64,000 bases of DNA, taken from positions 32,001 through 96,000 of IMG/VR virus record IMGVR_UViG_3300032316_000329; one strand, written 5' to 3'. Below, in pieces: positions 7,928-16,436 of this stretch. Below the pieces are notes generated by a model. That model did no database searches. It saw nothing but the letters and a program-made list of their open reading frames with translations, and was not told where the DNA came from. This DNA is from a virus. Each line of letters starts with the position of its first letter. Position 1 is the first letter of the stretch. Both the position numbers and the translations under genes were made by a program.

Positions 7928-10900
7928 ATAACCCGTTTGTTCCCTGTCCATAATGTCCGTGTAATTCATCTGTTTCGGATTGTGCTGTCGCTCGTTTCAT
8001 GGCACGATACATAGATGGATTCTGGAAGGTTTGTGTATTCTGTTGTAATAAACTGTTAATAAAATTAGGCGAAACTTCTCTATCTTGTGAAACAGTTCTT
8101 TGCTGTGATGCCTCTGCTGGTTTTCCGATATTAGCAAAAGCAGAACCAATCTCTTGTCTCAATTCATTTAATGCACCAGTAAAGTTAGGTGCTTGTTGAG
8201 GTGCACCAATTTCACCACCAATCTTATTAGTTGGAATAACAGTTGCCCTATTATTTTCACCATTAGGTGCCACAATTTCGGTTTGAGGATTAAATGTAAA
8301 TAAAGGTTTCTCTGTCTTGGTATCAACAGCAATAGTGTTATCATGTCCCATATCATTGATAGGATATGCAGCAATTTCACCAGGGGCCTTTACATCTCCA
8401 CCTAATGCTCTTGCCGGTATAGGTTCAACTTTACCAATGCCTTGTGATTTTAGAAAGTTTTGTTGTGAAGATTCATCTGGTTTTCCTTGCTCTCGCGCCT
8501 GTGTTACTGGTGAGATTTCTATTGGCCTCTGTGGAGGTGTTGGTGGTTCTGCTGCCTTAGGAGTCTTTGGAAACTCCGGTTGAGGTTTAGGTGCCTCATG
8601 TGTTGGAGTGCTAGGTTTTGTTTCTGCCGATGCGGTACCATAACCTAATGCGCTTTTTGCCTTCTCAATATAAGATGGTTCAGGTGCTGTGGTAGGTGTT
8701 GGGGTTGGTGTAGGTGTTGGTATAGGCGGTGCAGATGGTGTAGCGGCAGCAACTTGTGTTTGTTGTCTTTCTACCATCATTTTATCATATTCGGGACCAT
8801 GTTTATTGATAATGTTCTGGACATATTGATCGCCAGTCATACCTTTATTAGCAGCCATGGCCTTTGCTGACATTTTACCTGCCGCATTGCCGGTAAAATG
8901 AACCTTTAATACAGTACCAAGATCACCATGTTTCTTATAAAGATCGGTAAGATAGTTTGTCATTACCGCATCTTGTACCTGTCTAGGTGCGTCTCTTGCT
9001 GTTTTATATTCGGTACCAATACCATATTTGTTAGTAACACCTCTCCATGTTTTATCAAGGAACTGATAAGCACCCGATGCACTACTAGTTTTTGATTTGG
9101 CATTATACTTACCTTCAAAAGTATAACTTTCCTGGCGGCGAATGATTGCCATTGTTCTTTCAAGGTCAAAGTTGCCTGTTTTCTGGCGTTCAATTGCCGA
9201 ACGAATTTCTGGAGTCATTTCACCAGCATGTGCAGTACCTACTCCAAACTCTCTTTGTAGTTTTTCACCAACGGATGCGGTTTGTTGCTTGGTTTCTGCT
9301 TCTGCTCTTTTTCCGGTCGAAGGTGTAAGAATATTACTTGTATCCATATCACCAAAAGACTTTAATAACATATCAGGATTTTTAGAAGTTATTTTTCCCG
9401 TTGTAGGATCATAAGTAGTTCCGGTATCTTTCATTATCTTTTTGGTACGGGCATCAGCAAAGAAACCATTTAAAATGGTATCATCAGGTACAGCACTGGC
9501 AAAAATACCAGCTTGACTTTTAAAGTCATCGGTTTGTCTAATAGAACCGATTAACGCCGAACGATTAAGGTCAAACGATTGTGGACCTTCAGATTTCTTT
9601 TCAGGTTTTTCTACGGCAGCTGTTTCACCAGTAGATTCTTTTTTAGTTGGTGCAACGGTTTCCGGTTTATCACTTGCATTTTTTTCACGGTTTGTCACTA
9701 TTTCATCATATGATAAAGGACTTTTTTCTCCTTGATTAAATTCTGTTTGTAATTTTTGAGAAACCGGATTATCAAATTTTGGTTTTTCATTATTAACAAT
9801 AGATTCTTTCTGCTTCTCTACAGCGGCATCTGCGGTCAAAATACCGTCTTTACCTTCAAAAGAAGGTTTACTTGTAATAGATATATGTCCGTCCGGAAAT
9901 ACATTAATATATGCACTTCCATTTTTTTGTCTAAACTGTTCTAGTCTATTCTGAAATTCAGGAAATTCGTCAGGTGGTATAGCAAGACAACCGTGACTGT
10001 ATAATTTTTGAGGATCATTAGTTCTACCCATATGAATAACCATACCATCCCTTTGTCTATTAACTTTAGGGTCATATCCCTGTAAAGATGGTAAATCATA
10101 TCCAACGCCGCCAGGAACATTATGTGGGTGTAATGATGTTACTTCAGAACTGCCAAAAGGCATAGAAGGATAATTAGGATCAGAAGGTGATCCTGATCCA
10201 TAATGAAAAGATGCTGATTCATCACCCTCGAAGGTTATTCTTCCTTGTCTAACCTGTGTTCTTTTTTGTTGTTCTTCTTGTGTAAATCCACTAACTGTTG
10301 CTGTAGAATCTTCAGAAGATTTACTTTTAACAAAATCACTATAGGAAGTAGCAGTCTCGGCTCGTTCAAATGCTTTTGTATCCGTTTGAGCGGGTTTTTC
10401 AAATTGTCTGGTAAATCCCATACTTGCCGCTTTTTCATCACCAAATTTGGTCGACATATATTGTTTCATTTCACCTTCGGTCATAGCAAAATCAATTTGC
10501 TTTTTCCAGTTGGTTTGCCAATCTTCACCAACAAAAGATTTCATGGCAGAAAAACGACTAGCATGATGTTGGAAAAGTCCGCCCGATGTTCCTCCATCTC
10601 CTAAAACACCTGAATTAAAATTTGATTCGTGTCTTATGTTGTTAATAATACCTATGGCATGAGCATGATCCATTCCCGGTTTACTCATAAGATAACTATA
10701 CATTTCTTTAACCATGACCGGATTACTTACTTTTTCACCCATCTTCTCAAGCCAACCACCTTTACGGCGACCGGTTTCTCTATCAATACCTAACTGATCC
10801 GCAACTGCTTGTGATAGTCTCTCTTGCTGTTGTTGAGTTGACCTAGAAACTGCTGCCCGAAAACCACCAACATCTGGTAATGCTTTTTGATAATATTTCG

Positions 10901-11030
10901 GAAACATCAAAGCAAAATCTGTAGGCGTTAATAAAGAAAGCATTGCCTCACCAGCAGGACTGTTAGCAACCTTTAGGCGATTATTTATTGATAGTTTTTT
11001 TAATGCATTAAAAGATGTTTTATCAGCCAT
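7926..11030 (-). CDS. tape-measure/baseplate-hub-position protein with three peptidoglycan-active domains
   Basis: Phage_lysozyme2-like (GIINNIRHESNFN...GLFQH), YkuD/Tlde1-like (IHMG...SHGC), lytic transglycosylase-like (RRQES...ASGAYQFLDKTW); Pro/Thr linker; follows gp26-gp51. Confidence 0.7.
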   Translation of the reverse strand: MADKTSFNALKKLSINNRLKVANSPAGEAMLSLLTPTDFALMFPKYYQKALPDVGGFRAAVSRSTQQQQERLSQAVADQLGIDRETGRRKGGWLEKMGEKVSNPVMVKEMYSYLMSKPGMDHAHAIGIINNIRHESNFNSGVLGDGGTSGGLFQHHASRFSAMKSFVGEDWQTNWKKQIDFAMTEGEMKQYMSTKFGDEKAASMGFTRQFEKPAQTDTKAFERAETATSYSDFVKSKSSEDSTATVSGFTQEEQQKRTQVRQGRITFEGDESASFHYGSGSPSDPNYPSMPFGSSEVTSLHPHNVPGGVGYDLPSLQGYDPKVNRQRDGMVIHMGRTNDPQKLYSHGCLAIPPDEFPEFQNRLEQFRQKNGSAYINVFPDGHISITSKPSFEGKDGILTADAAVEKQKESIVNNEKPKFDNPVSQKLQTEFNQGEKSPLSYDEIVTNREKNASDKPETVAPTKKESTGETAAVEKPEKKSEGPQSFDLNRSALIGSIRQTDDFKSQAGIFASAVPDDTILNGFFADARTKKIMKDTGTTYDPTTGKITSKNPDMLLKSFGDMDTSNILTPSTGKRAEAETKQQTASVGEKLQREFGVGTAHAGEMTPEIRSAIERQKTGNFDLERTMAIIRRQESYTFEGKYNAKSKTSSASGAYQFLDKTWRGVTNKYGIGTEYKTARDAPRQVQDAVMTNYLTDLYKKHGDLGTVLKVHFTGNAAGKMSAKAMAANKGMTGDQYVQNIINKHGPEYDKMMVERQQTQVAAATPSAPPIPTPTPTPTPTTAPEPSYIEKAKSALGYGTASAETKPSTPTHEAPKPQPEFPKTPKAAEPPTPPQRPIEISPVTQAREQGKPDESSQQNFLKSQGIGKVEPIPARALGGDVKAPGEIAAYPINDMGHDNTIAVDTKTEKPLFTFNPQTEIVAPNGENNRATVIPTNKIGGEIGAPQQAPNFTGALNELRQEIGSAFANIGKPAEASQQRTVSQDREVSPNFINSLLQQNTQTFQNPSMYRAMKRATAQSETDELHGHYGQGTNGL

Positions 11031-11248
11031 TATAGCCTTCTTCTGTTTGCGGTACCCATTTGTGCTTTCATTTCTGCTTCACGGTCTTTCATTTGCTGTT
11101 CTTGCTCTCTTAAGTAATCTTGTAATAGGTCTATGTAAATATATCTTTCCCATGGCATCATATTTTCCATTTCACTTAAACTCCACTTATGATGTTGCAT
11201 TAAACCAAAGTTAGTCTTAAAGTGATTAGCAAGATTATCGTGGCCCAT
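11030..11248 (-). CDS. gp51: baseplate hub assembly protein (cyanophage gp51-like)
   Basis: NFGLMQHHKWSLSEMENMMPWERYIY motif. Confidence 0.8.
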   Translation of the reverse strand: MGHDNLANHFKTNFGLMQHHKWSLSEMENMMPWERYIYIDLLQDYLREQEQQMKDREAEMKAQMGTANRRRL

Positions 11249-11250
11249 TA

Positions 11251-11973
11251 TTAGAAAAAAAAATCATAAAAGTCTGTATACCTCACTCTATGGTGAAATC
11301 CACACTTATTACAGTCTTTCTCTAATACTACGGCAAATGTTGGCATATTATCAACAAACTCTTCCAACTTCCTGAAATTGGCCTCGGTTAGTCCTTCAAC
11401 AAACTCTTTCAATTCATCTTTATTGTAATCTTTAGATGAGTAAACTCCATTCTTATCATAGATGTAATCAATAGAGTTAATAATGGTGTTAATTTTGGCA
11501 TCAATCTCGTTACCAAACTCTATGCGTTTCATAGTGGCATAGTTTGGATATTTCATCTTTACGCCGTTTACACCACCTAATTTAATATCATCAACAATCT
11601 TTTCATCTTTAATAAGGTCAACCTTACCGATATCCATTTCGGCTGGAAAGATATTACCACATTTTTCACCATTTACTTCATTATTACATGTTAAATTTAC
11701 CTCTACGGTTTCTCCAACAGATTTGGCCCTTAAAAAGATAAAAATGTAATCCATATCAAAGAAAGATATTTTATTAATATCCACTTCTCCATCAATAATA
11801 CAATTGTTAATTACTTGCTTTACTGTTGCAATAATATCATCCGCATTTTTGGATTCCAATGCAATCATCAAAAGTTTTTCTTCTTTGACGGTAAAGGGTC
11901 TGACTTTTAATATTCTTTCGTCGGAAGGAACTTTTAATTCGTAAGTAGGCAAATCAATTTTCGGTAAACTCAT
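11251..11973 (-). CDS. gp26: baseplate hub subunit/assembly chaperone
   Basis: LPKIDLPTYEL...RPFTVKEEKLL...LRAKSVGE; Cys pairs; ends DFFF. Confidence 0.85.
   Translation of the reverse strand: MSLPKIDLPTYELKVPSDERILKVRPFTVKEEKLLMIALESKNADDIIATVKQVINNCIIDGEVDINKISFFDMDYIFIFLRAKSVGETVEVNLTCNNEVNGEKCGNIFPAEMDIGKVDLIKDEKIVDDIKLGGVNGVKMKYPNYATMKRIEFGNEIDAKINTIINSIDYIYDKNGVYSSKDYNKDELKEFVEGLTEANFRKLEEFVDNMPTFAVVLEKDCNKCGFHHRVRYTDFYDFFF
11254..11263 (-). other. candidate -1 programmed frameshift site joining gp26 to gp51
   Basis: coding strand GAT TTT TTT TTC TAA TA ATG; -1 frame reads TTT TTT TTT CTA ATA ATG into gp51. Confidence 0.6.
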
Positions 11974-11991
11974 TATCTAAACTCCATATTA

Positions 11992-12579
11992 TTATTTAAA
12001 ATCTTCTCTGTCCCAATACTTATATGTGAATGTTACTTGTAATCTTAAAATGTCGTTATCGGCCCAAGTGACTTGTTGTGGCACGACAAGAATAGGATAG
12101 GCCTTTCTTAAAGTCCAACCGTAAATAACATCACCTGAAGTTACTGCACCTTGTGTCTGTGAATTTTTAGAACTATAATTAGCCAACTGATAAATTTTTA
12201 CAGTGCTATAATAGTTAGCAGCATATTCAAAATTAAAACTTGTTGGTGGATTAATAATATCCATCCAATCATCAAAGAATTTTCTTTCTACACTCCGTTG
12301 ACGACAGATAAAAGAAAAGTTTGCCTGTTGATACATTGAGTTATTAGGAAATACCTGCGAAGGACCGTAGTATCTAACCTCTGTTACATCAAATCCTCTA
12401 CCAGGAAACTCTACAGAATCACAAACATAAATTAAATCATTTGCTGGTAAGTTTCTACTAACCGGACTAAACTGAACGGCAAAACGACAACTCTGAGCCA
12501 CATTCCCTAGTTCATTTAACCTGGAAATAAAATGGTTTAAATTTAAATTACTGGGTGAATTAATCTGTTTAATAGCCAT
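11992..12579 (-). CDS. tail tube-fold protein (gp54/gp19-like tube initiator)
   Basis: CDSVEFPG, ERKFFDDWMDII, AYP...RLQVTFTYKYW. Confidence 0.75.
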   Translation of the reverse strand: MAIKQINSPSNLNLNHFISRLNELGNVAQSCRFAVQFSPVSRNLPANDLIYVCDSVEFPGRGFDVTEVRYYGPSQVFPNNSMYQQANFSFICRQRSVERKFFDDWMDIINPPTSFNFEYAANYYSTVKIYQLANYSSKNSQTQGAVTSGDVIYGWTLRKAYPILVVPQQVTWADNDILRLQVTFTYKYWDREDFK

Positions 12580-12582
12580 TTA

Positions 12583-13353
12583 TTAGTATCCGTTTCGAAC
12601 AATATTTTCTTTGCCAATAATTCTCATTTCTTTAAGAATAAATGTTAGCATGGCAGAAACAGGATGTCCGTTAGAGAAGGTACTGAATTGTCCTTGTGGT
12701 GCATAATTTACATCAATAGATTCTATAACACCTCTAGCAATCTTAGGTATTGCGTCATTTATTCTTGCTTGACCGTTAGTAATGTTGTAAAAATCTATTT
12801 TAAATTCCGAAGGTGATTTCAGAAAGTTTCCGGTTGTTAAATAATTTATCTGATTTCCGATACCTATGTAACTTTGATTTGGATCATTTGAACCGATAAT
12901 TTCTGGCTCGGCATGATACCTTAATAGTTTAATAATCTGCTGCATATCTAATGATTCTTCATATGAAGAAGGAGCAAACAAAAATGTAAATTGAAATGTT
13001 CTCAATTGAACGTTTCTGAAAAGTATTTCAACTTTTGGATTAATAGAACGACCAGCCATTTGCATACCGGTGTTAATAGCAGATGTAATACCTCCGATGC
13101 CAAGAGTGCCTGCAATTGCTTTAGTCATTAAAACTTCAGCATAATCATACTTTTGTTCCCATACAAGAGGACTATTTTGGCCGCCGCCAGGAATGAATAA
13201 TGTTATAACACTACTAACAGATGTGTCGCCGGATTCATAACATTTGATATTCATCCAATGGCCTTGACCTTGTGATTCATCTTGTAAATCACTTGGAAAA
13301 ACTAATCTCGTCAAACCTTCTTGAAATGTGGATAAATTACCCGGTAATGCCAT
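12583..13353 (-). CDS. gp48: baseplate tail-tube cap
   Basis: INPKVEILFRNVQLRTFQFTFLFAP, PSEFKIDF, IDVNYAP...LTFILKE. Confidence 0.8.
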   Translation of the reverse strand: MALPGNLSTFQEGLTRLVFPSDLQDESQGQGHWMNIKCYESGDTSVSSVITLFIPGGGQNSPLVWEQKYDYAEVLMTKAIAGTLGIGGITSAINTGMQMAGRSINPKVEILFRNVQLRTFQFTFLFAPSSYEESLDMQQIIKLLRYHAEPEIIGSNDPNQSYIGIGNQINYLTTGNFLKSPSEFKIDFYNITNGQARINDAIPKIARGVIESIDVNYAPQGQFSTFSNGHPVSAMLTFILKEMRIIGKENIVRNGY

Positions 13354-13378
13354 TTATTCCTCCGGCGATGCTACATAC

Positions 13379-13386
13379 TATTTAGT
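13379..13386 (-). promoter_or_regulatory. late promoter (ACTAAATA) for the minus-strand tail operon
   Basis: TATTTAGT on plus strand, 26 nt before the gp48 start with GGAGG RBS. Confidence 0.6.
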
Positions 13387-13398
13387 GAGGTTTTATAA

Positions 13399-13851
13399 AT
13401 GGCGAATTATAAACAAGGTTTCTTTAAACCAAAAAATCCTAAAAAATATATTGGTGATCCTACAAACATTGTTTACCGTTCAGGATGGGAAAAGAGAGTT
13501 ATGGACTCCTTGGACGATAACATTAATGTTGTCCGTTGGGCATCGGAAGAGATTGCTATTCCTTATGTTTCGCCCATTGACAATAGAGTCCACCGATACT
13601 TTGTAGACTTCTATGTGGAGGCGGTTGGGAGAGACGGAGAGACGAAGGTAATGCTTTTAGAGGTCAAACCAGCAGCACAGACACAACCGCCTAAATCCGC
13701 TAAAAGGAAGACCAAAAGATTTATAACGGAAGTTATGACATACGGAGTTAATCAGGCGAAATGGGATGCTGCCAGTAAATTCTGTAACCATAAAGGATGG
13801 GAATTTAAACTGATAACGGAACAAGAACTGTTCGGAAAGAAATCTAAATAA
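13399..13851 (+). CDS. gp4: head completion nuclease
   Basis: YxGxFKPKNPKKYIGD, YRSGWE, WASEE, HRYFVDF, EVKP, NQAKW. Confidence 0.92.
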   Translation: MANYKQGFFKPKNPKKYIGDPTNIVYRSGWEKRVMDSLDDNINVVRWASEEIAIPYVSPIDNRVHRYFVDFYVEAVGRDGETKVMLLEVKPAAQTQPPKSAKRKTKRFITEVMTYGVNQAKWDAASKFCNHKGWEFKLITEQELFGKKSK

Positions 13852-13855
13852 CTAT

Positions 13856-14365
13856 ATGGCAGAAAAATATACCTCGGACGAATTGGCACAATGGTTGATA
13901 GAAAAGGCTCAAAATGCGTCGTCAGCAGGTGCCAGAAAGTTAATAGCAGCAAACGATCAAAGAGGTCGTGATACTGCTATGGTAGGTCGGTTATACTTTT
14001 TTAAGTATGATCCAAAGTGGAAAACAAAACTGGTAAAGTATGATAAATTTCCTATGGTGTTTCCTATTGAAAGATATGGAAATGGTTTTCTGGGATTAAA
14101 TCTACATTACCTAGGTGCCAGTGAACGGCAGGTCCTTGTTAATAGATTATTGGAGTATAGTAACAACAAATATATGGATGAAAGAACAATGTTGCGATTG
14201 AGTTATGATCTGATTGAATCAACCAAGAAGCTTTATTCTTTGTCTAGACCGTGTATTCATAGATATTTGTTTAACAATTGTAGATCACAGTTTATTGAGA
14301 TATACCCAAATGAGTATGATAAGGCAATTCAACTACCCGTAGAAGATTGGGTATTTAAAAGGTAA
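13856..14365 (+). CDS. gp2: DNA end protector
   Basis: GRLYFFKYDPKWK...YDKFP...GLNLHYL. Confidence 0.88.
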   Translation: MAEKYTSDELAQWLIEKAQNASSAGARKLIAANDQRGRDTAMVGRLYFFKYDPKWKTKLVKYDKFPMVFPIERYGNGFLGLNLHYLGASERQVLVNRLLEYSNNKYMDERTMLRLSYDLIESTKKLYSLSRPCIHRYLFNNCRSQFIEIYPNEYDKAIQLPVEDWVFKR

Positions 14366-14369
14366 AAAA

Positions 14370-15203
14370 ATGGCTATCATAAATTCAGTATTTTTTGATC
14401 AGTTTCCTAAACTAAAATATGATATCAATCACGGTCAGTATCCTACTTATGATACCGTGACAGATATATTTTTCCGTATTGGTATGATCAAGACCGCATT
14501 AAATAATATTAGTTCTTATTATGTTTATGAAGTTCAAGATGGAGAAACTCCTGATATTCTTGCTGCTAAAATTTATGAGGACTCTAGTGCCGGTTGGATG
14601 ATTATCTATGCTAACGAGATTTTTGATCCACAATGGGATTGGCCATTAGATTATAAAAGTTTTAATAAGTATATCACAAAAAAATATGGATCAATTGAGG
14701 CTTCTAAAACCGGTATTCATCATTATGATAAGGTGATTACAAGAACCGTAGGTGATTATACAACTACAACCAGGTTTGAAATTGACAAAGAGAAAAAAAC
14801 TTTAAACTCAATGGATGTTCCTTATAATTATTTTATACCGTATGCTGAATCATTAGGTAGTGAAGTTGATTCTACTACTATTACCATTGATACAACTTTA
14901 TATACTGTTGATATTGATTTTGATTATAGTTATAGATCAGGATCTATTCCCATTACACAAGATGTCAGGACTTATAATATTGACGGAACTACAGTAACAG
15001 AGGTTATTAAAGGTGAACCTATATCTTTTTATGATTATGAAAATGATTTAAATGAAAAGAAAAGACTAATCAAAGTGATTAAGAAAGATTACTATATTGC
15101 TGTTATGAGAGACTTTTTCACATTCACATATGATGCTGCATCAAGCCAACTCGATCCAGGATCATTTTTAACAGCAACAAATTATCTTCGTAGGTTAAAT
15201 TAA
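14370..15203 (+). CDS. gp53: baseplate wedge subunit
   Basis: FFDQFP, LysM-like YEVQDGETPDILAAKIY, DPQWDWPL, YDYENDLNEKKRLIK. Confidence 0.85.
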   Translation: MAIINSVFFDQFPKLKYDINHGQYPTYDTVTDIFFRIGMIKTALNNISSYYVYEVQDGETPDILAAKIYEDSSAGWMIIYANEIFDPQWDWPLDYKSFNKYITKKYGSIEASKTGIHHYDKVITRTVGDYTTTTRFEIDKEKKTLNSMDVPYNYFIPYAESLGSEVDSTTITIDTTLYTVDIDFDYSYRSGSIPITQDVRTYNIDGTTVTEVIKGEPISFYDYENDLNEKKRLIKVIKKDYYIAVMRDFFTFTYDAASSQLDPGSFLTATNYLRRLN

Positions 15204-16435
15204 TGGCTAATAGTCCTATAGATTCCTCTAAACTAAGTAATAAAGATGACAAACTAGTAATTGCTGATGTCAGTATTGGTAATTTTCAGTTTAGAGATAT
15301 GACGGTTAAAGAAATTAATCTTGGCGAAAGTTTATTAACTCCTGCATTACAGACTCTAGTTCGTCTGCAATCTTATGTTTACAGTAATCCAACCAAAATC
15401 TTTGAACAATTTAAAAATCAAAGAATCAATATTAACATGAGAACAAAAGATGGTGCAAAAAATGTCACGATAGGTCAGACGGTTTATAGATTAGATAATA
15501 GAGAAATGATGCCTTTGAATATCGGTCAAACCGAAGAGTTTTCCGTTCATGCTTGTGATCAAACATTGCTGGAAGATGCCAAGCATTTAATGAGCCGTTC
15601 TTTTAAATGTAAAACTCCTAAACAGGTTGTCAGTGAAGCATTGCAATGTTGTATGTCATCTAATAATGATAATTCAGAAGATACGGGGCCGGCCAGAGAT
15701 TATATTGCCGAGAATATTCATCCATTTCAGGTAATAACGCAACAAGCAAATGCTGCTGTTAATGGAAATGATCCTTCATTTACTCATTTTATGAATTATA
15801 ATTTTGGTGGTGGACCGGGTCAGCATAAGTTCAGATCGTTAAAAAGTCTGTCTAGTGCTAGTCCAAAAGCAACCTTTAGACATTATGAAACTGGTGTTAT
15901 GTCCACCGGTAAAGATTATAATAGTGCCAATGAAAATGCGGCAATTGCTTTTAGTTTTCCTTGCGACTTTGATCTATTGACTGATCTACTGAATGGATTA
16001 GATGAAAATGGTAAAGACCTAAACACAGGTGGATTTTTTAATCCTTCTAGCGGCGACTTTTCTAAATTCGGCCAGGATGCTGGTGGTTGTGGCCTTGGTG
16101 GTACCAACTATAAAGTCTCTATGTCTAATAAAGGCACCGCACAACAGCATAATGCTTGTGAGTCTAATGTCGAGCAATACTTACTTAAAAGACAAGGTAG
16201 AATGTCTCTACTAGATAAGGATAAGGTTGCTTTAAGACTGTTAACAAAGTGGCGTCCTGATATCCATGCAGGAGATGTTATTAGATTTGAATGGTGGAAT
16301 AAAAAGACAAATGACCTACTATATGGTTCAGGTGATTATCTTGTTTCATCATTAATTCATAATATTCAATTAGGTGGTTTTTCCACAACAACATTTGATT
16401 GCGTATCAACCACAGTTGGAAGAGGTGTAGTATAA
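15203..16435 (+). CDS. putative baseplate hub protein (gp27-like)
   Basis: position after gp53; C-terminal AGDVI...SGDYLVSSLIH as in hub proteins. Confidence 0.5.
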   Translation: MANSPIDSSKLSNKDDKLVIADVSIGNFQFRDMTVKEINLGESLLTPALQTLVRLQSYVYSNPTKIFEQFKNQRININMRTKDGAKNVTIGQTVYRLDNREMMPLNIGQTEEFSVHACDQTLLEDAKHLMSRSFKCKTPKQVVSEALQCCMSSNNDNSEDTGPARDYIAENIHPFQVITQQANAAVNGNDPSFTHFMNYNFGGGPGQHKFRSLKSLSSASPKATFRHYETGVMSTGKDYNSANENAAIAFSFPCDFDLLTDLLNGLDENGKDLNTGGFFNPSSGDFSKFGQDAGGCGLGGTNYKVSMSNKGTAQQHNACESNVEQYLLKRQGRMSLLDKDKVALRLLTKWRPDIHAGDVIRFEWWNKKTNDLLYGSGDYLVSSLIHNIQLGGFSTTTFDCVSTTVGRGVV

Positions 16436-16436
16436 A

